In this document: piece by piece, positions 1-12,031 of the stretch
Layout: every line of letters begins with the position of its first letter
How positions within the stretch are numbered: the stretch's first letter is position 1
Source: Octopus bimaculoides
Taxonomy: Eukaryota
Assembly: GCF_001194135.2 (NCBI RefSeq)
Contig: NC_068998.1
Span: 45,404,309 to 45,468,308 of the forward strand
DNA length: 64,000 nucleotides
Direction of reading: 5' to 3'
Notes under the pieces: model-generated
The model's database searches: none
Seen by the model: the letters and a program-made list of their open reading frames with translations, nothing else
What the model was told of the DNA's origin: nothing
Translations under genes and position numbers: made by a program

Positions 1-648
1 TATATATATATACACATACATAATCAGACAGACACACACACATACACGCATGTATACACATATATATATACATAAAATATATATATATACACATATATAC
101 TTTTATATATATATAAAATCATATATATACTTATATATATTTACATACAATTTAAATGTGTGTGTGTGTATATATATATATATATACACACACACACATA
201 CATTTAAATTGTATGTAAATATATGTAAATATGTAATTTATATGTAAATGTATATGTAATTAATTGTAATTGTTGCCTCCACTTTTTCACTCCATTTTGT
301 TTACATGACAGGTATGATGTGCTTGTGGAGAGAGGAGGGACGAGAGGAGGGAGGAGAGGAGGGAAGGGAAGGGAAAGACAGATGGACAAACAGAAAAAGA
401 GTGTCAGAAATGATTTAAATTTCCAATGTTTAGGAACAAAGAGACGACTATTCTGTTCATCAAGTGTACAATTTTCGGGTTTTTTAAATGATTGCTGAAC
501 ATAACATTGTTCATTCATTTCAGTCATAACAATACTAACTACCTACCATACTATTCATTTAACACTACAATCTACCATGCTACCAGCTAACAAATACAAA
601 GTACTGTACTATCGGTTACATAGCAAAGAAGGGATATTGTGATTATTT

Positions 649-685
<37 letters not shown>

Positions 686-914
686 CCTTTAGTAAATAAT
701 GCACCGAATGAGAGAGAGAGAGAGAGAGAGAACACAGGTGGGTAGTGTGTGTGTGTGTGTGTGTGTGATTTATAACTATGAAGGAAAGTTTTCTGCATAT
801 ATTAATAATATGGATATGATTTCTACACAGCTAAGAATGAAGTAAATACTGAACAATATTTTTTCTGTTGTTAGTGCACAAAAAAAAACAACAACAACAA
901 CAATAATAATGATG

Positions 915-950
<36 letters not shown>

Positions 951-1204
951 GAAATATGCAAGCCCTTGTCTTTCATATACACACACTTTCTAAGATATGA
1001 AGAACAATACTTGAATGGCTAAAGTTCCAGATGCTCAGAACATAGATCATGTCATAGATATAACATTATGTATCCTACACTCATCAATCAAACTGTTTTC
1101 CTACTGTTCCAGTCTATTTTGCCACTGAAAAAACCTTAGTTGTCTACTAAGAACAGTGTTTGGCTCTCATAGTTGACCTACTTGAAGGACATTGATAAAA
1201 TATA

Positions 1205-1236
<32 letters not shown>

Positions 1237-1580
1237 CATCCTTTTGTCACAGCCTATTTTTAAGTCCCTCAATTTTTAATTATAATAGGTATCTTTTAGA
1301 ATGTGACTGAAGATATTCTCAGTTAAGTAAGCTGTCAATGTAGACACAGTTGTTGAGTATATAGCTTGACAAATAACCAATCATCTGAATTGTTGGAAGT
1401 TAGTCAAACTGTGACAAATTTATTGCTTTACTGCATTAAAGCAAAAAAGGTTAGATATCGGGAATTAGTAAAGAAATTGCAGCTGTGGATGGGATCAAAA
1501 GAAGAGACTCGAGTCAATAAGCTGCCTGTCTTCCTTCAAAATGAAGACAGATACAATTTGTACATTTTTACATTTTTTAA

Positions 1581-1936
1581 CTTTTAATTGTTTCAGTAAT
1601 CTGGACTGTGGCCACGCTGGGGCACTGTCTTGAAGAATTTTAGTTGAACGAATCAACCCCAGTATCTATTTTTTAAACCTAGACTTGTTCTATCAATTGA
1701 CTTTGTTGAACTGCTAAGTTACAGGAATGTAAACATACCAACGCTGGTTGTCAAGTGGTAGTGGTAGAAAAACAGATGCAAAGACACACACACAAACATA
1801 CAACTGACTTCTTTCAGTTTCTATCTACTAAGTCCACTCACAAGGGTTTGGTCCACCTGAGGCTACAGTAGAATACAATTGCCCAAGGTGCCAGTCATGT
1901 AGTGGGACTGAACCCAGAAGCATGTTGTTGAGAAGC
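1581..1936 (-). mobile_element. tRNA-derived SINE, family A, diverged copy
   Basis: Reverse complement of the 1936-2233 and 11522-11945 copies (B-box-like GGTTCAGTCCC, GCAAGTGTCTTCTACTATAGCC core, internal CA/TA tract). Confidence 0.8.
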
Positions 1937-2065
1937 ACATGGTTCCAGGTTCAGTCCCACTGCGTGGCATCTTGAGCAAGTGTTTTCTACTATAGCCTCA
2001 GGCCGACCAAAGCCTTGTGAATGGATTTCGTAGATGGAAACTGAAAGAAGCCCGTCGTAAATATG

Positions 2066-2104
<39 letters not shown>

Positions 2105-2233
2105 TTGTGTGTCTGCATTTGTCACCCTAGCATTGCTTGACAACCGATGGTGGTGTGTTTTGGTCCCCGTAACTTAGCGGTTTGGCAAGAGAGACTGATA
2201 GAATAGGTACTAGGTTTACAAAGAATAAGTCCC
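1936..2233 (+). mobile_element. tRNA-derived SINE, family A, 5'-truncated and cut by the assembly gap
   Basis: CACATGGTTCCAGGTTCAGTCCCACTGCGTGGC...GGAAACTGAAAGAAGCCCGTCG; shared with at least five other copies in the window. Confidence 0.85.
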
Positions 2234-2467
2234 NNNNNNNNNNNNNNNNNNNNNNNNNNNNNNNNNNNNNNNNNNNNNNNNNNNNNNNNNNNNNNNNNNN
2301 NNNNNNNNNNNNNNNNNNNNNNNNNNNNNNNNNNNNNNNNNNNNNNNNNNNNNNNNNNNNNNNNNNNNNNNNNNNNNNNNNNNNNNNNNNNNNNNNNNNN
2401 NNNNNNNNNNNNNNNNNNNNNNNNNNNNNNNNNNNNNNNNNNNNNNNNNNNNNNNNNNNNNNNNNNN
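2234..2467. other. Assembly gap (234 N)
   Basis: Run of N. Confidence 1.
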
Positions 2468-2532
2468 CCCACCCACACACAAATCTTGTATGGACCTGCA
2501 GGGGCCATATGGACCCCAATTGAGAACCACTG
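2468..2532. mobile_element. Right end of a hAT/Charlie-like MITE
   Basis: Ends in TTGAGAACCACTG (reverse complement CAGTGGTTCTCAA), followed by ATCTAGAA, the NTCTAGAN target typical of Charlie/MER hAT elements. The left end is in the gap. Confidence 0.55.
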
Positions 2533-4168
2533 ATCTAGAATGTAGCTGAAGATATTCCCTGTTGACTGTTTCTTGTACAAATAAGCTTTTAATAAAGACA
2601 CAGTAGTTGAGTATACAGCTGGACAAATAACCAGTCATCTGAATTGTTGGCAGACAGTCAAATTGTGACACATTTATAGCTTTATTGTAGTAGAGTAAAA
2701 GGTTAGATATTGGGAATTAGTAAAGATCCTAACAGATAGTAACTTGTAATCAGTGGTATGAGTGTAAATGTGTCCAAGTCATACAGTAATTAGATTAGAT
2801 GTGAGGGTATATCTAACAATGACTCGTCTGCCAGTAACAATAAGTCTAAAGAATATTAGTGATGCATGTAATGATTAGTTTACTAAGAGAATAAGCATTG
2901 AACATTTTCATTAAAAATTAATTTAATGAAACTAATTTTCCTCAAGTGCTGAAAAAATTACAAATTTTGATCACAAAACATTTTAGATACATATATTCAT
3001 GATGTTTTCCAGATTTTAAGATGAGGTTATTATAGCTTTTATTATTTTTCAAAGGGTACAATTTTTTAGAATCATATATAAAAGCAAGTAAGTTGGCTCA
3101 TGCAGTTTAAATCAATGAAGATAGTAATTTAGAATATTCCTCCCAGTTGAAGTACTCTATTTTTTGCCTATTGTATATATTTTCTATTTTAACCACATTT
3201 ATTACCACTATTATAGTAGCTGCGTGTGAGTGGCACTTTCTTTATGGTATTTGCTTGCCTTGTGCATCTTTTTTATAGATTCTTCTTGTGAAATTAAGGA
3301 AGTGCTTAATAAGTTCAACTCTGAGAATGTAATGTTTCTATGCCTTAGTTGGTGTGCTGTGCTAAAGGGCAAGACTGATTTATCATGTGTAATAACATCA
3401 TAGGAAATACATTAAAGAATAAGGTGAAGAAATCTTTATACAACTTGATAACTTGACAATGCCCTTTCACTTTCATTAAAAATTCAAATCTGTTGTTTAG
3501 TTCTAGCAAATAGAAAACAGAATTGTGTTATTCAAGCAGAGATATTTGCGTAGTTAGCTTAATGAGTTTTTTTTTTTTTTGTGTGTTTTTCTTTTATTCT
3601 CAACAGTTTACAAAAATTGTATACGTAAATATTGCAAAAGATAAAAAATACAACGAAATTTTTAAATCAATGGAACCATTTTGCATCAGTGACATTTTGA
3701 TTTGGGGTTTGGATATAGTGCAAGTACATTGGCTGGTTCTTATCAAGACATCATGACTTCAGTCCAGAACAATAAAGTAGTTGCATGATTAATGTAACCG
3801 GGATATATAGCACATAGCAGAATATGTACATATAATAGATATTCTCAACAGCTGAATAAATAGTGATGATCATAAGCACAATAACCTTCATGAGCTGTTA
3901 TATTTCTGAATCAAATAACAAGAGAGTCTGTGATGTCTATAACTGAAGTCCACCAGTACAAGGCTATGTAGCTTTTCAACAAGCAAATATTCAACATTCA
4001 TAACACCAACTTAGTCCAACTTTTCTCATGTATAAAATATAGATGTTGTTGTTTAACACTACACCAACACTGATGGAGCTCACAGACCTATGATCAAAAT
4101 TGTTCCAGCAAATAATCAATTCATGTATCTACAACTACATTATTCTAATGTGTCTTCACATTAAGATA

Positions 4169-4371
4169 CAGAAATGCCCAAAAATTTGGAACATTTTTTT
4201 TAAAAATCAAAATTGTTATGCCCAAGTACAATTCAATTCAAATATATACAATGCAGAGATATACTGACCAAACAACTAATTCAATTGTTACTTATATATT
4301 AAATATAATTTTGGTCATTTAAAAAAAAAATTAATTTTCAGACCTATGTTCCAAACTTTTGGCCATAACTG
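4169..4371. mobile_element. Tc1-type MITE (203 bp) with 25-bp TIRs and TA target duplication
   Basis: Left TIR CAGAAATGCCCAAAAATTTGGAACA and reverse complement of right TIR CAGTTATGGCCAAAAGTTTGGAACA match at 21/25; TA at 4167-68 and 4372-73. Confidence 0.75.
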
Positions 4372-5918
4372 TAGTATGGTATGAGCATTGAGAAATTTTC
4401 ATTTTTTCTAGTATAGAGGCTCCTTTCTTATAAAATTTGCTGGAGCGTGTTTCTGTCTACTTTCATGCCATTTGGGACATGTAGTGTTGGGACTAGGCTG
4501 TGTACTTTCACATAGATAAAAAGCCTCTGTCTGATATTCATATCTTTGGAATTAGCAGTAAATGAGGGAAATTCTATATGGTCACTTAGGCAGAGAGAAA
4601 GAAAAGCCAAATCTCCCACAAATCATACACGACTGTCTTAAAAGGTGAAAAAAATCATGGTTGGAATGCATCATATTATCATAAATCTACTCAATGAAAA
4701 TTCGCCAAGGGCTAAATTACATCAACTGAGACAACTTTATTAAGTTTTATCACATGCCTACACACACACACACACCTTGCAGTCAATAATGAATATTTAA
4801 TCTGATCCTTAAAACAGTGATTAATTAATTGATTATATGATAGTGATGCTAGTAATTCCCTAATCATCGTATCAATCATAACTTGACTAAAACCTTGTGC
4901 AAACAGAACTTAAATAGCAAAATATAAAGTGATTGCCATTTTAAACTCAGTTCTTTATAAAAACCTAAAGGATTAAATGCAATTCTTTGATATTTCATTA
5001 TCACTACTGTTGTCATCATTATTCTTTGATATCTTAAAATATAGAAAACATTTTATTTTGAAGTAAAAATTATATGGAATATGAACAACTTTTTTGTCAA
5101 CTTATATATAGCTCGAGCTTCTTTGCAAATTCTGATACATTCTAATGCTTGATAATTAAGAATATTTTAAAATCTAGTTTCAATTACATTTTAATAACTA
5201 TTGTTTTATATTTGTTCAAATATTTATCTAAAATATGATTTCTCTCTGATCACTTTCATGTAAATCTTTATATATTGTATCATCATCCAATCTTGTCCAA
5301 CTTCCAATTTTTCAGATGAAAGACACATTTCTTTTCTGTAAATAGTTTATGTAAAGATTTTTTGGTTTGTTTCAAATATTTAATTACATCTTAGTGTTTG
5401 ATGGATTCCGTTTTATCTAAATCACATCAATAACTTCAAAATAAAAATAGATAATCACTGCTAAGATAAGTAGGAAATTACTTTAAACATAATGCTATCA
5501 TATTTTCAAAGGGATTAATATATTACATATATATTAATATTCAGAAATACACGAGGAGTATTATGTGTTTTATATGTAAACTTGTATGTCTATAAACATA
5601 TGTCTGGATATAATAGATATATATACATGTGAATATATTTGAAGATGTAGACACTTATCTGCACTTGAGAAACTTCACATGATGTGAAGCTGTGTCAGCC
5701 TTTTAAAAAAATACTTGCTACACCAACTACTGATGTGATGAATGCTACTTTTGTTTCATTTTGTTCACCTACATGTGTATATACATATAAACATATTTAT
5801 ATAAACACACACACACACATAAATACACACAAACATAAATATCATCATCATTTTAACATCTACTTTTCTGTACTTGCATGGGTCAGAAGAATTTACTGAG
5901 GCAAATTATATATATATA

Positions 5919-6129
5919 CTCTCTTTTACTCTTTTACTTGTTTCAGTCATTTGACTGTGGCCATGCTGGAGCACTGCCTTTAGTCAAGCAAATCAACCCC
6001 AGGACTTATTCTTTGTAAGCCTAGTACTTATTCTATCGGTTTCTTTTGCCGAACCGCTAAGTTACAGGGATGTAAACACATCAGCATCGGTTGTCAAGTG
6101 ATGTTGGGGGGACAAACACAGACACACAA

Positions 6130-6181
<52 letters not shown>

Positions 6182-6228
6182 GAGGGTCTTCTTTCAGTTT
6201 CCGTCTACCAAATCCACTCACATGGCTT
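5919..6228 (-). mobile_element. tRNA-derived SINE, family A, 3' two-thirds
   Basis: High similarity to the other family A copies, including the TTTTACTTGTTTCAGTCATTTGACTG tail. Confidence 0.85.
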
Positions 6229-6267
6229 GCCACTGATGAGGCTCAACAAGGCTAAAATGCATCTGGT
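6229..6267 (+). ncRNA. Decayed minimal hammerhead-like motif (G12A)
   Basis: GCCA CUGAUGA GGCU-CAACAA-GGCU AAAA UGCA UC / UGGU: intact CUGAUGA, palindromic AUGCAU stem III, stem I GCCA/UGGU; GAAA is replaced by AAAA. Confidence 0.5.
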
Positions 6268-6779
6268 ATTCACACAAGCCACTACTGGGACGATTATTTC
6301 CCCCTCCAGTGTATATTGTACTTCTAAAATCAGCATGGCCGTAAGATGAAATTTGGATGAATACCATTGTAAATTGCTTTTCAACAATGTATGTCATTAT
6401 GTATGATACATAGATGGCTATAACCATACACACACACACATATGCTTATATAAGTGCATACATATATGTACTAGTACACACATACATATATATACACACA
6501 TACACACAAACATATATATTGTCACAGTACATTGAAACCATTTCTACATATATATACTTGTATTTTCATATTAGACACACACACAAGTATGTTTATATAT
6601 ATATATATATATAAAATTAAACTATTTTTATGTAATACACACACATATAATACATTTAAATATTTTAAATGTATACATATGTATATAACAATACATGGAA
6701 AACAATACTTATGTATATATGTATACAAGCACATACAAATCATTTTTATAAATATATAATTATGTACAAGTTTTATATA

Positions 6780-7060
6780 TACCGGAGTAAGCACATGAAA
6801 TGTGCAACAAGGTGGAAAAAAGAGTACTCAAATACCAGAGGTAGAATAATATGCTTTATTTAAAAGCAGCAGAAATATAACAAAAAAACGTTACTCTGAG
6901 TTTCACGTTCCCGTTCATCGGACAGTTTTGTTAGAAATGGAGAAAGGATAACAATGCAATCGAAAGTAATATAAAATTTAAAACACATGGATTCGTTTGA
7001 TTGGTCGTTTCAAATAACGGTCATGGATTGGTCGTTTCAATTAACGGTCATGGATGCGTA
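6780..7060 (-). mobile_element. Unclassified repeat carrying the hammerhead motif and a 27-bp tandem duplication (6999-7025 / 7026-7052)
   Basis: CpG-richer block starting right after a (TA)n tract; GATTGGTCGTTTCAA(A/T)TAACGGTCATG occurs twice in tandem. Confidence 0.4.
6879..6932 (-). ncRNA. Minimal type I hammerhead-ribozyme-like motif (core CCGAUGA...GAAA...GUA), probably the terminus of a Penelope-like element
   Basis: Minus strand reads AACAAAACUGU CCGAUGA ACG-GGAA-CGU GAAA CUC-A-GAG U A / ACGUUUUUUUGUU. Stems I, II and III all pair; U4C is the only core deviation. Confidence 0.65.
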
Positions 7061-7663
7061 ATGCACAGACCAAATAAATTTAATACAGATTCATCCTATT
7101 AAAAAAAATATCGAAGAAAACCTTAAATAGAAAAATGGGCTCAAAATACATATTGTAAATAATTAATTATATTCGAATTAACGCATTAAAATCAAATCAA
7201 TAAAATAAAGTATACGCTGCATTCAAAATAAAATAAAATAAAATAAAATTACAATAGCGTGTACGTATACAAGGCTATCCACAACATATATATCTATATA
7301 TAAATATATACATCGAAATACACAGTTGCATATGCACAGACATATATGCAAGTATATGTATTGTATATGTGTATATACATAGATCATTGTTTTCTTCATA
7401 TCTGGTGTTTTAAGGTACTTTTTTGTTCATGTAAACTAAGCAAATATAAAACTTATTAATCTCTAAGAACATGCAATTTTGAGCTGAATATTCAGGCTTT
7501 TTGCTTTGTATCTATTTTGGCATATAGATTTTTTTTTTCTTTCTTATAAAGGTCTCTTGAAGGGAACTTGGATTCCAGCCATGTGTGTGTGTGTGTGTGT
7601 AATCTTTATTTTACAACCTTTAGAGTAGGATAACTGTTACACATATAATCCAAGTAATTGTAG

Positions 7664-7712
7664 ATGTATTTTAAGCATTACCTGAACATTGACAAATGTT
7701 ATCAGGTCCCAG
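7664..7712 (+). CDS. Candidate alternative first coding exon of KChIP: MYFKHYLNIDKCYQVP(D)
   Basis: ATG at 7664, 49 nt open (16 codons + 1), ending at a consensus donor CCAG|GTAAGT; phase 1 matches the 12455 exon. No homology support for the peptide. Confidence 0.45.
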
Positions 7713-10271
7713 GTAAGTTGGATGTAGAGCAGTTGTAAGCTAATTATAGTGGAAGGATTTAATTAAATGTACCTGTGAAAAATTGAAGATCTATTGATTT
7801 TCTTTTCTCTTCGAAGAAATCCATGAAATCAAAATGGAGAAAGAACATTAAAGAAAAAAACTAAGTAGCCTGCAGTTGGAAAGTAATGGAGCTTGAAATT
7901 CAGTGTCATTTACAGAATTTCAATAAATATTCCCCAAGTTTCGTATGACACTATTAATAGATTAATGATTTTTATATTAATTTTATAACAACCAGTGTTC
8001 TGTTTGAAGAAAGACTTTGCACTGTCATTCAATACATGATCCAGGAAAATATAGTTGAAACCACAGCATCTCTTGTGATATAAAAATAGAATGATTCTTG
8101 TCGTCGAATCATTTTTCTCGTGTTTCAGTGAAAGAATTTTCTCATTATTAATATTGGATAGAACTCAGGCAGCAACTGTGGTTTTCTTTTCTCACTTTCT
8201 CTCCTATCAAAGATAATAAATAGGATTTGTCACCTTTCAAGAGGTAACATCTTAAGAAATCCATCAAAATCAAAGCTTGTTCATTCACATTCTATTCCCA
8301 TGGAGTAATTTAGCATTTGCTTTCTAAAGGATTACAGAAAACTGTGTATTTTTAAAGATATTTCTGAATTATTTAAAACATCAAATATACAACGCTGATG
8401 TTGATCTTTTGAGTAATTTTAAAGGTACAAATTTGCTAAATGTATTTCTTAAATCCAAACAAAAATACTTAAATAATGGATGGTACAATTTGGAAATCAG
8501 TCCGTAAGTTTTTGCTTTCTGTTTTCTTTAGTTTTATATTTTTTCGTTTCCAACACAAATTCAGGCTGAAATTTGTATTTTCTTGCATCTATCATTATCT
8601 GATGTTAAACAGACCTTAAACAAAATATCTTTATTGAAGTTAGGGAAATATTTAATCATATTTGTTGTTCTTCTTGTGTTGTTTTCAAACTATACAATGC
8701 CAATACATTCATAATACGGACATGCTTACTTTCATGAGTTTGTTTACTCTGTTCACCAGTCTTTTTTAACCACTTTTATCAACCTCAGCTTTACTATCAA
8801 ATTACTTTCATCCTATATATTTAGTTCTATACATCTTTTTATCCATTTTCATTATTCAACCAAATTAGGTCAATGCCCTCTCACATCAATTTTGATTTTG
8901 GTATATCTTTCTCTTTTATTTCTATCAATTTGTTATCTCATATTTGACACTAATATTGTTATGATAATCAAATGATTTAAACATTAGTAATGAAAAAAAT
9001 CCTTAACTGGAGTTGTTATATTTTCAGTAAGGACTATATTTTTCTGTCATTTTCCCCACTAACTACAAAGTATAGTTTCAAAGTAACTGATGATGTTGCA
9101 ATTTTCTACAGGAATAATTTAACCAAATATTTTTCAGGATTTAAACTGTTTAATACAAACTCATTTCTGACATTGGAAAGTGATTTTTCATTCACAGTAG
9201 GAGTAGAGGTAGGGAATAAGACAATAATATTTTGATAATAAAGTTTTATTTAAGGAGAAATAAAGTGAGTGTGCGTGTGTGAGAGAGAGAAAGCAAGAGA
9301 GAGCGTGTTTGTGTAAATGTGAGCTTCACATCTTCAGCTCAAAAGCCCTTTATTAGAATTGTTACAGTAGTAATTTTCAAAGTGTGATTTCACAAGTCCC
9401 TGTTTTCTCACCATTACATAATAAATATCCCTTATTGCTCTGCCTTAAAAATCACTGCTGACAAAAACCTAATCAACAAAATGCAGTATATTGTCTTTCT
9501 GAGGGTATGTTTTCCTCACCTTTCTTTTTTTTTATGCTGTTTTGCAATTGGATCTCCTCTCTTTCTCTCTCTCTCTCATACTTCCTTCTCTTTCTCCACT
9601 TTTGCTCTAAATTCAATGATTTAAAATTTTCTTTTAATGATAGCTATTATCATTCTCTAATTACAAGACATTGAATTGTTACTGCAGTTGGTTAGAATTG
9701 TGGAGATTGTGGTTTCCTACTTTTATTTCAGCTGTGAGACACTTTCCTTCTCCATCTCTTATTTATTGTCACCACTGGACGTAGTTATGGGTGGGGAATG
9801 GGTCACTCAGCATTAGACTAAGCTCCTAGCACTGAGGACAAAGTGATCTCCAACAATTCTGAATTTTCAACAGGTGGTACCTTTACTACTTCAGCTTCTA
9901 GGTCCTGCTGTTGTTGATGTTTTTAATCAAATCCTCTATCTGAAAGGCTCCACGTGGCTCTTACTGCCCCAGCTAAAACCTCTAGGCTGTCTGCTTTGCA
10001 GTTTAGCTTCTGCTTCCATAACCAGTCATGGCTTAAAAATGGCTTTGTCGTCTCAAGGGGTTATAAGAACTTGGAAGTTGGAAGTCTGTGCTGACCTCTT
10101 CCAACCACATATCAATTCTTATGATCTTCGGAATCTGGACTCGGGTGATATACAGTGTCAAAACAAATAACACAAGGCATTTATGGTTTTGCCAATCAGC
10201 TACTAATTATAATAACGGTTTCAAATTTAGGCCAACAATTCTAAGGGCTGGTGGTGAGTTGATACCATTAA

Positions 10272-10488
10272 CCCTTTAGTATTCAGATTACTCTGTCAAA
10301 GATAATATTTATTCAGATTGTTTTGAATTAATCATGCATTATCTCATAGCTTTGAGATTTCAATAATGTTATTGTATATTTTTAGGATGATATAGTAGGC
10401 TAGGTGTGAGAGGCTGGATCTGACTAGTTTGAAATTAAAAAGGGTAAAATATTAGGAGCCAGATATGGTTGGTTTAAATGCTAAACGG
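10272..10488 (-). mobile_element. piggyBac-like MITE (TTAA|CCCTTTAG...CTAAA(C)GG|TTAA)
   Basis: TTAA on both sides and short TIRs; same internal sequence as 25644-25844, 45203-45421 and 57224-57464. Confidence 0.75.
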
Positions 10489-11239
10489 TTAACTCTAAAA
10501 CTAGATTGGCACTTCATTTTATTGACCCTAGAGGGAAGAAAGTCAAAGTCAACTTCAGTGAGATATGAACTTAGAATATAAAGAGCTAGAACAAACATAT
10601 CAGTCCTGTGCTTTAATGATTCTGATAATAACAGCAACAACAACAACAATAATAAATCTAACATGCACAAAATTACACATTTGTGCAGCTGATTAAATCA
10701 GCTTTAGTTTATTATTGATACTTATTATTATATTGATCACAGATGCATGGAAGACATTTCAAGCTTGGAATAATAATAATGTATTTTATTAATACTATTA
10801 TTGCTGTTGTTTCTTCATTTATCATGAACAGAAATATTACGAATGCTGAGGGTTTGGGTGAAAAATGCTCAATAATAAATGATCGTTTCGGTCTTTATAT
10901 ATTGCTATGGTTCACTTTACCTTTCATCAATCACTACAGTCAATAAAATAAGTTTATCAACTTCTTCCCTATAAATTTATGTCTTTCCATGAATATTAGA
11001 AATCAATATTACCCACTCTTGTAATAGTTATTTTTCTCTCTTGCATCTGTTGCGATAGATTCATAGAGTGTCCTTTGAGAGAATTTTAGCATTATTACTC
11101 CTTACATACATTTACACGTAGGTTTTAACATGAAACATTCCTTACTTTGAAGGCAAATGAGATCTATAGATTTGGAGCATTAGAATACCAAATTTCAGGA
11201 AGAAAAAAAAAAAAAACTTATAAAAATAATATTGATTAA

Positions 11240-11471
11240 CCCTTTTGATATCAACCCACCTGAGACCATCCCTAGTTCTATGATTCAAATTCTCTATTTT
11301 AAAGTGATCTAAATAAAAAAATTAAAAAAACTTCCATCAAAATTTCATGTTAATTTATGTTTCAAATACCAGCTTGAAAATGACAGAGGTGTTTTAATAA
11401 ATTCTGCATAAACTTTAAAATTAATTGAAACAAAGGAAGTGCATTTCAACAGAAATACAGTAATGAAAAGG
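11240..11471. mobile_element. Second TTAA-flanked MITE family (CCCTTTTGATA...TAATGAAAAGG)
   Basis: TTAA at 11236-39 and 11472-75 with imperfect CCCTTTT/AAAAGG termini; the interior differs from the first family. Confidence 0.5.
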
Positions 11472-11521
11472 TTAAAGTAAAAACAAGCATTCTTCAGAAA
11501 TATATTTTGAATTTTTAAGTA

Positions 11522-11711
11522 AGGTGCAGGCATGGCTGCATGGGAAGAAGTTTGCTTTCCAACCATATGGCTCCGGGTTCAGCCCAACTGCGTGGCACCT
11601 TTGGCCAACCAAAGCTTTGTGAGTGGATTTAATAGATAGAAACTAAAAGAAGTCCATCATATATGTATATGTGTGGGTGTATGTATATATATATATATAT
11701 ATATCTATGTA

Positions 11712-11746
<35 letters not shown>

Positions 11747-11945
11747 CTGTGCTTGTCTCCCATCACTGCTTTACAACTGGGGCTGGTGTGTTTACATCCC
11801 CATAACTTAGTGGTTCGGCAAAAGAGACCTTTAGAATAAGTATTAGGCTTTAAAAAAAGTTCTGAGCTTGATTTATTCGACTAAGACCCTTCAAGGCAGT
11901 GCTCCAGCATGGCCGTAGTTAAATAACTGAAACAAGTAAAAGAAT
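11522..11945 (+). mobile_element. tRNA-derived SINE, family A, near full length with an internal deletion
   Basis: A-box/B-box-like head, TA/GT tract and GAAACAAGTAAAAGAAT tail. Confidence 0.85.
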
Positions 11946-12031
11946 ACAAAAATAAAGGAACTGAATTTTTCAAAATCTTGTCAGACATGAACAGAGGTTG
12001 AAGAATTCATCTGTAATAGATTGTATATAGT

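Larger units (their letters stand above)
1297..2726 (+). repeat. Dispersed direct repeat of about 180 bp (1297-1474 and 2536-2726)
   Basis: Shared TAGAATGT..CTGAAGATATTC, GACACAGT.GTTGAGTATA, TCATCTGAATTGTTGG and GGTTAGATAT.GGGAATTAGTAAAGA. Confidence 0.8.

Noticed and set aside
9481-9510. ATG...AGG|GTATGT mini-exon (MQYIVFLR)
   Set aside because: The donor is good but in phase 0, out of frame with the 12455 exon; it could only be a UTR/uORF exon and has no other support.
9860-10190. GC-richer block possibly derived from a CR1/L2-like LINE
   Set aside because: No motif long enough to recognise in any frame.
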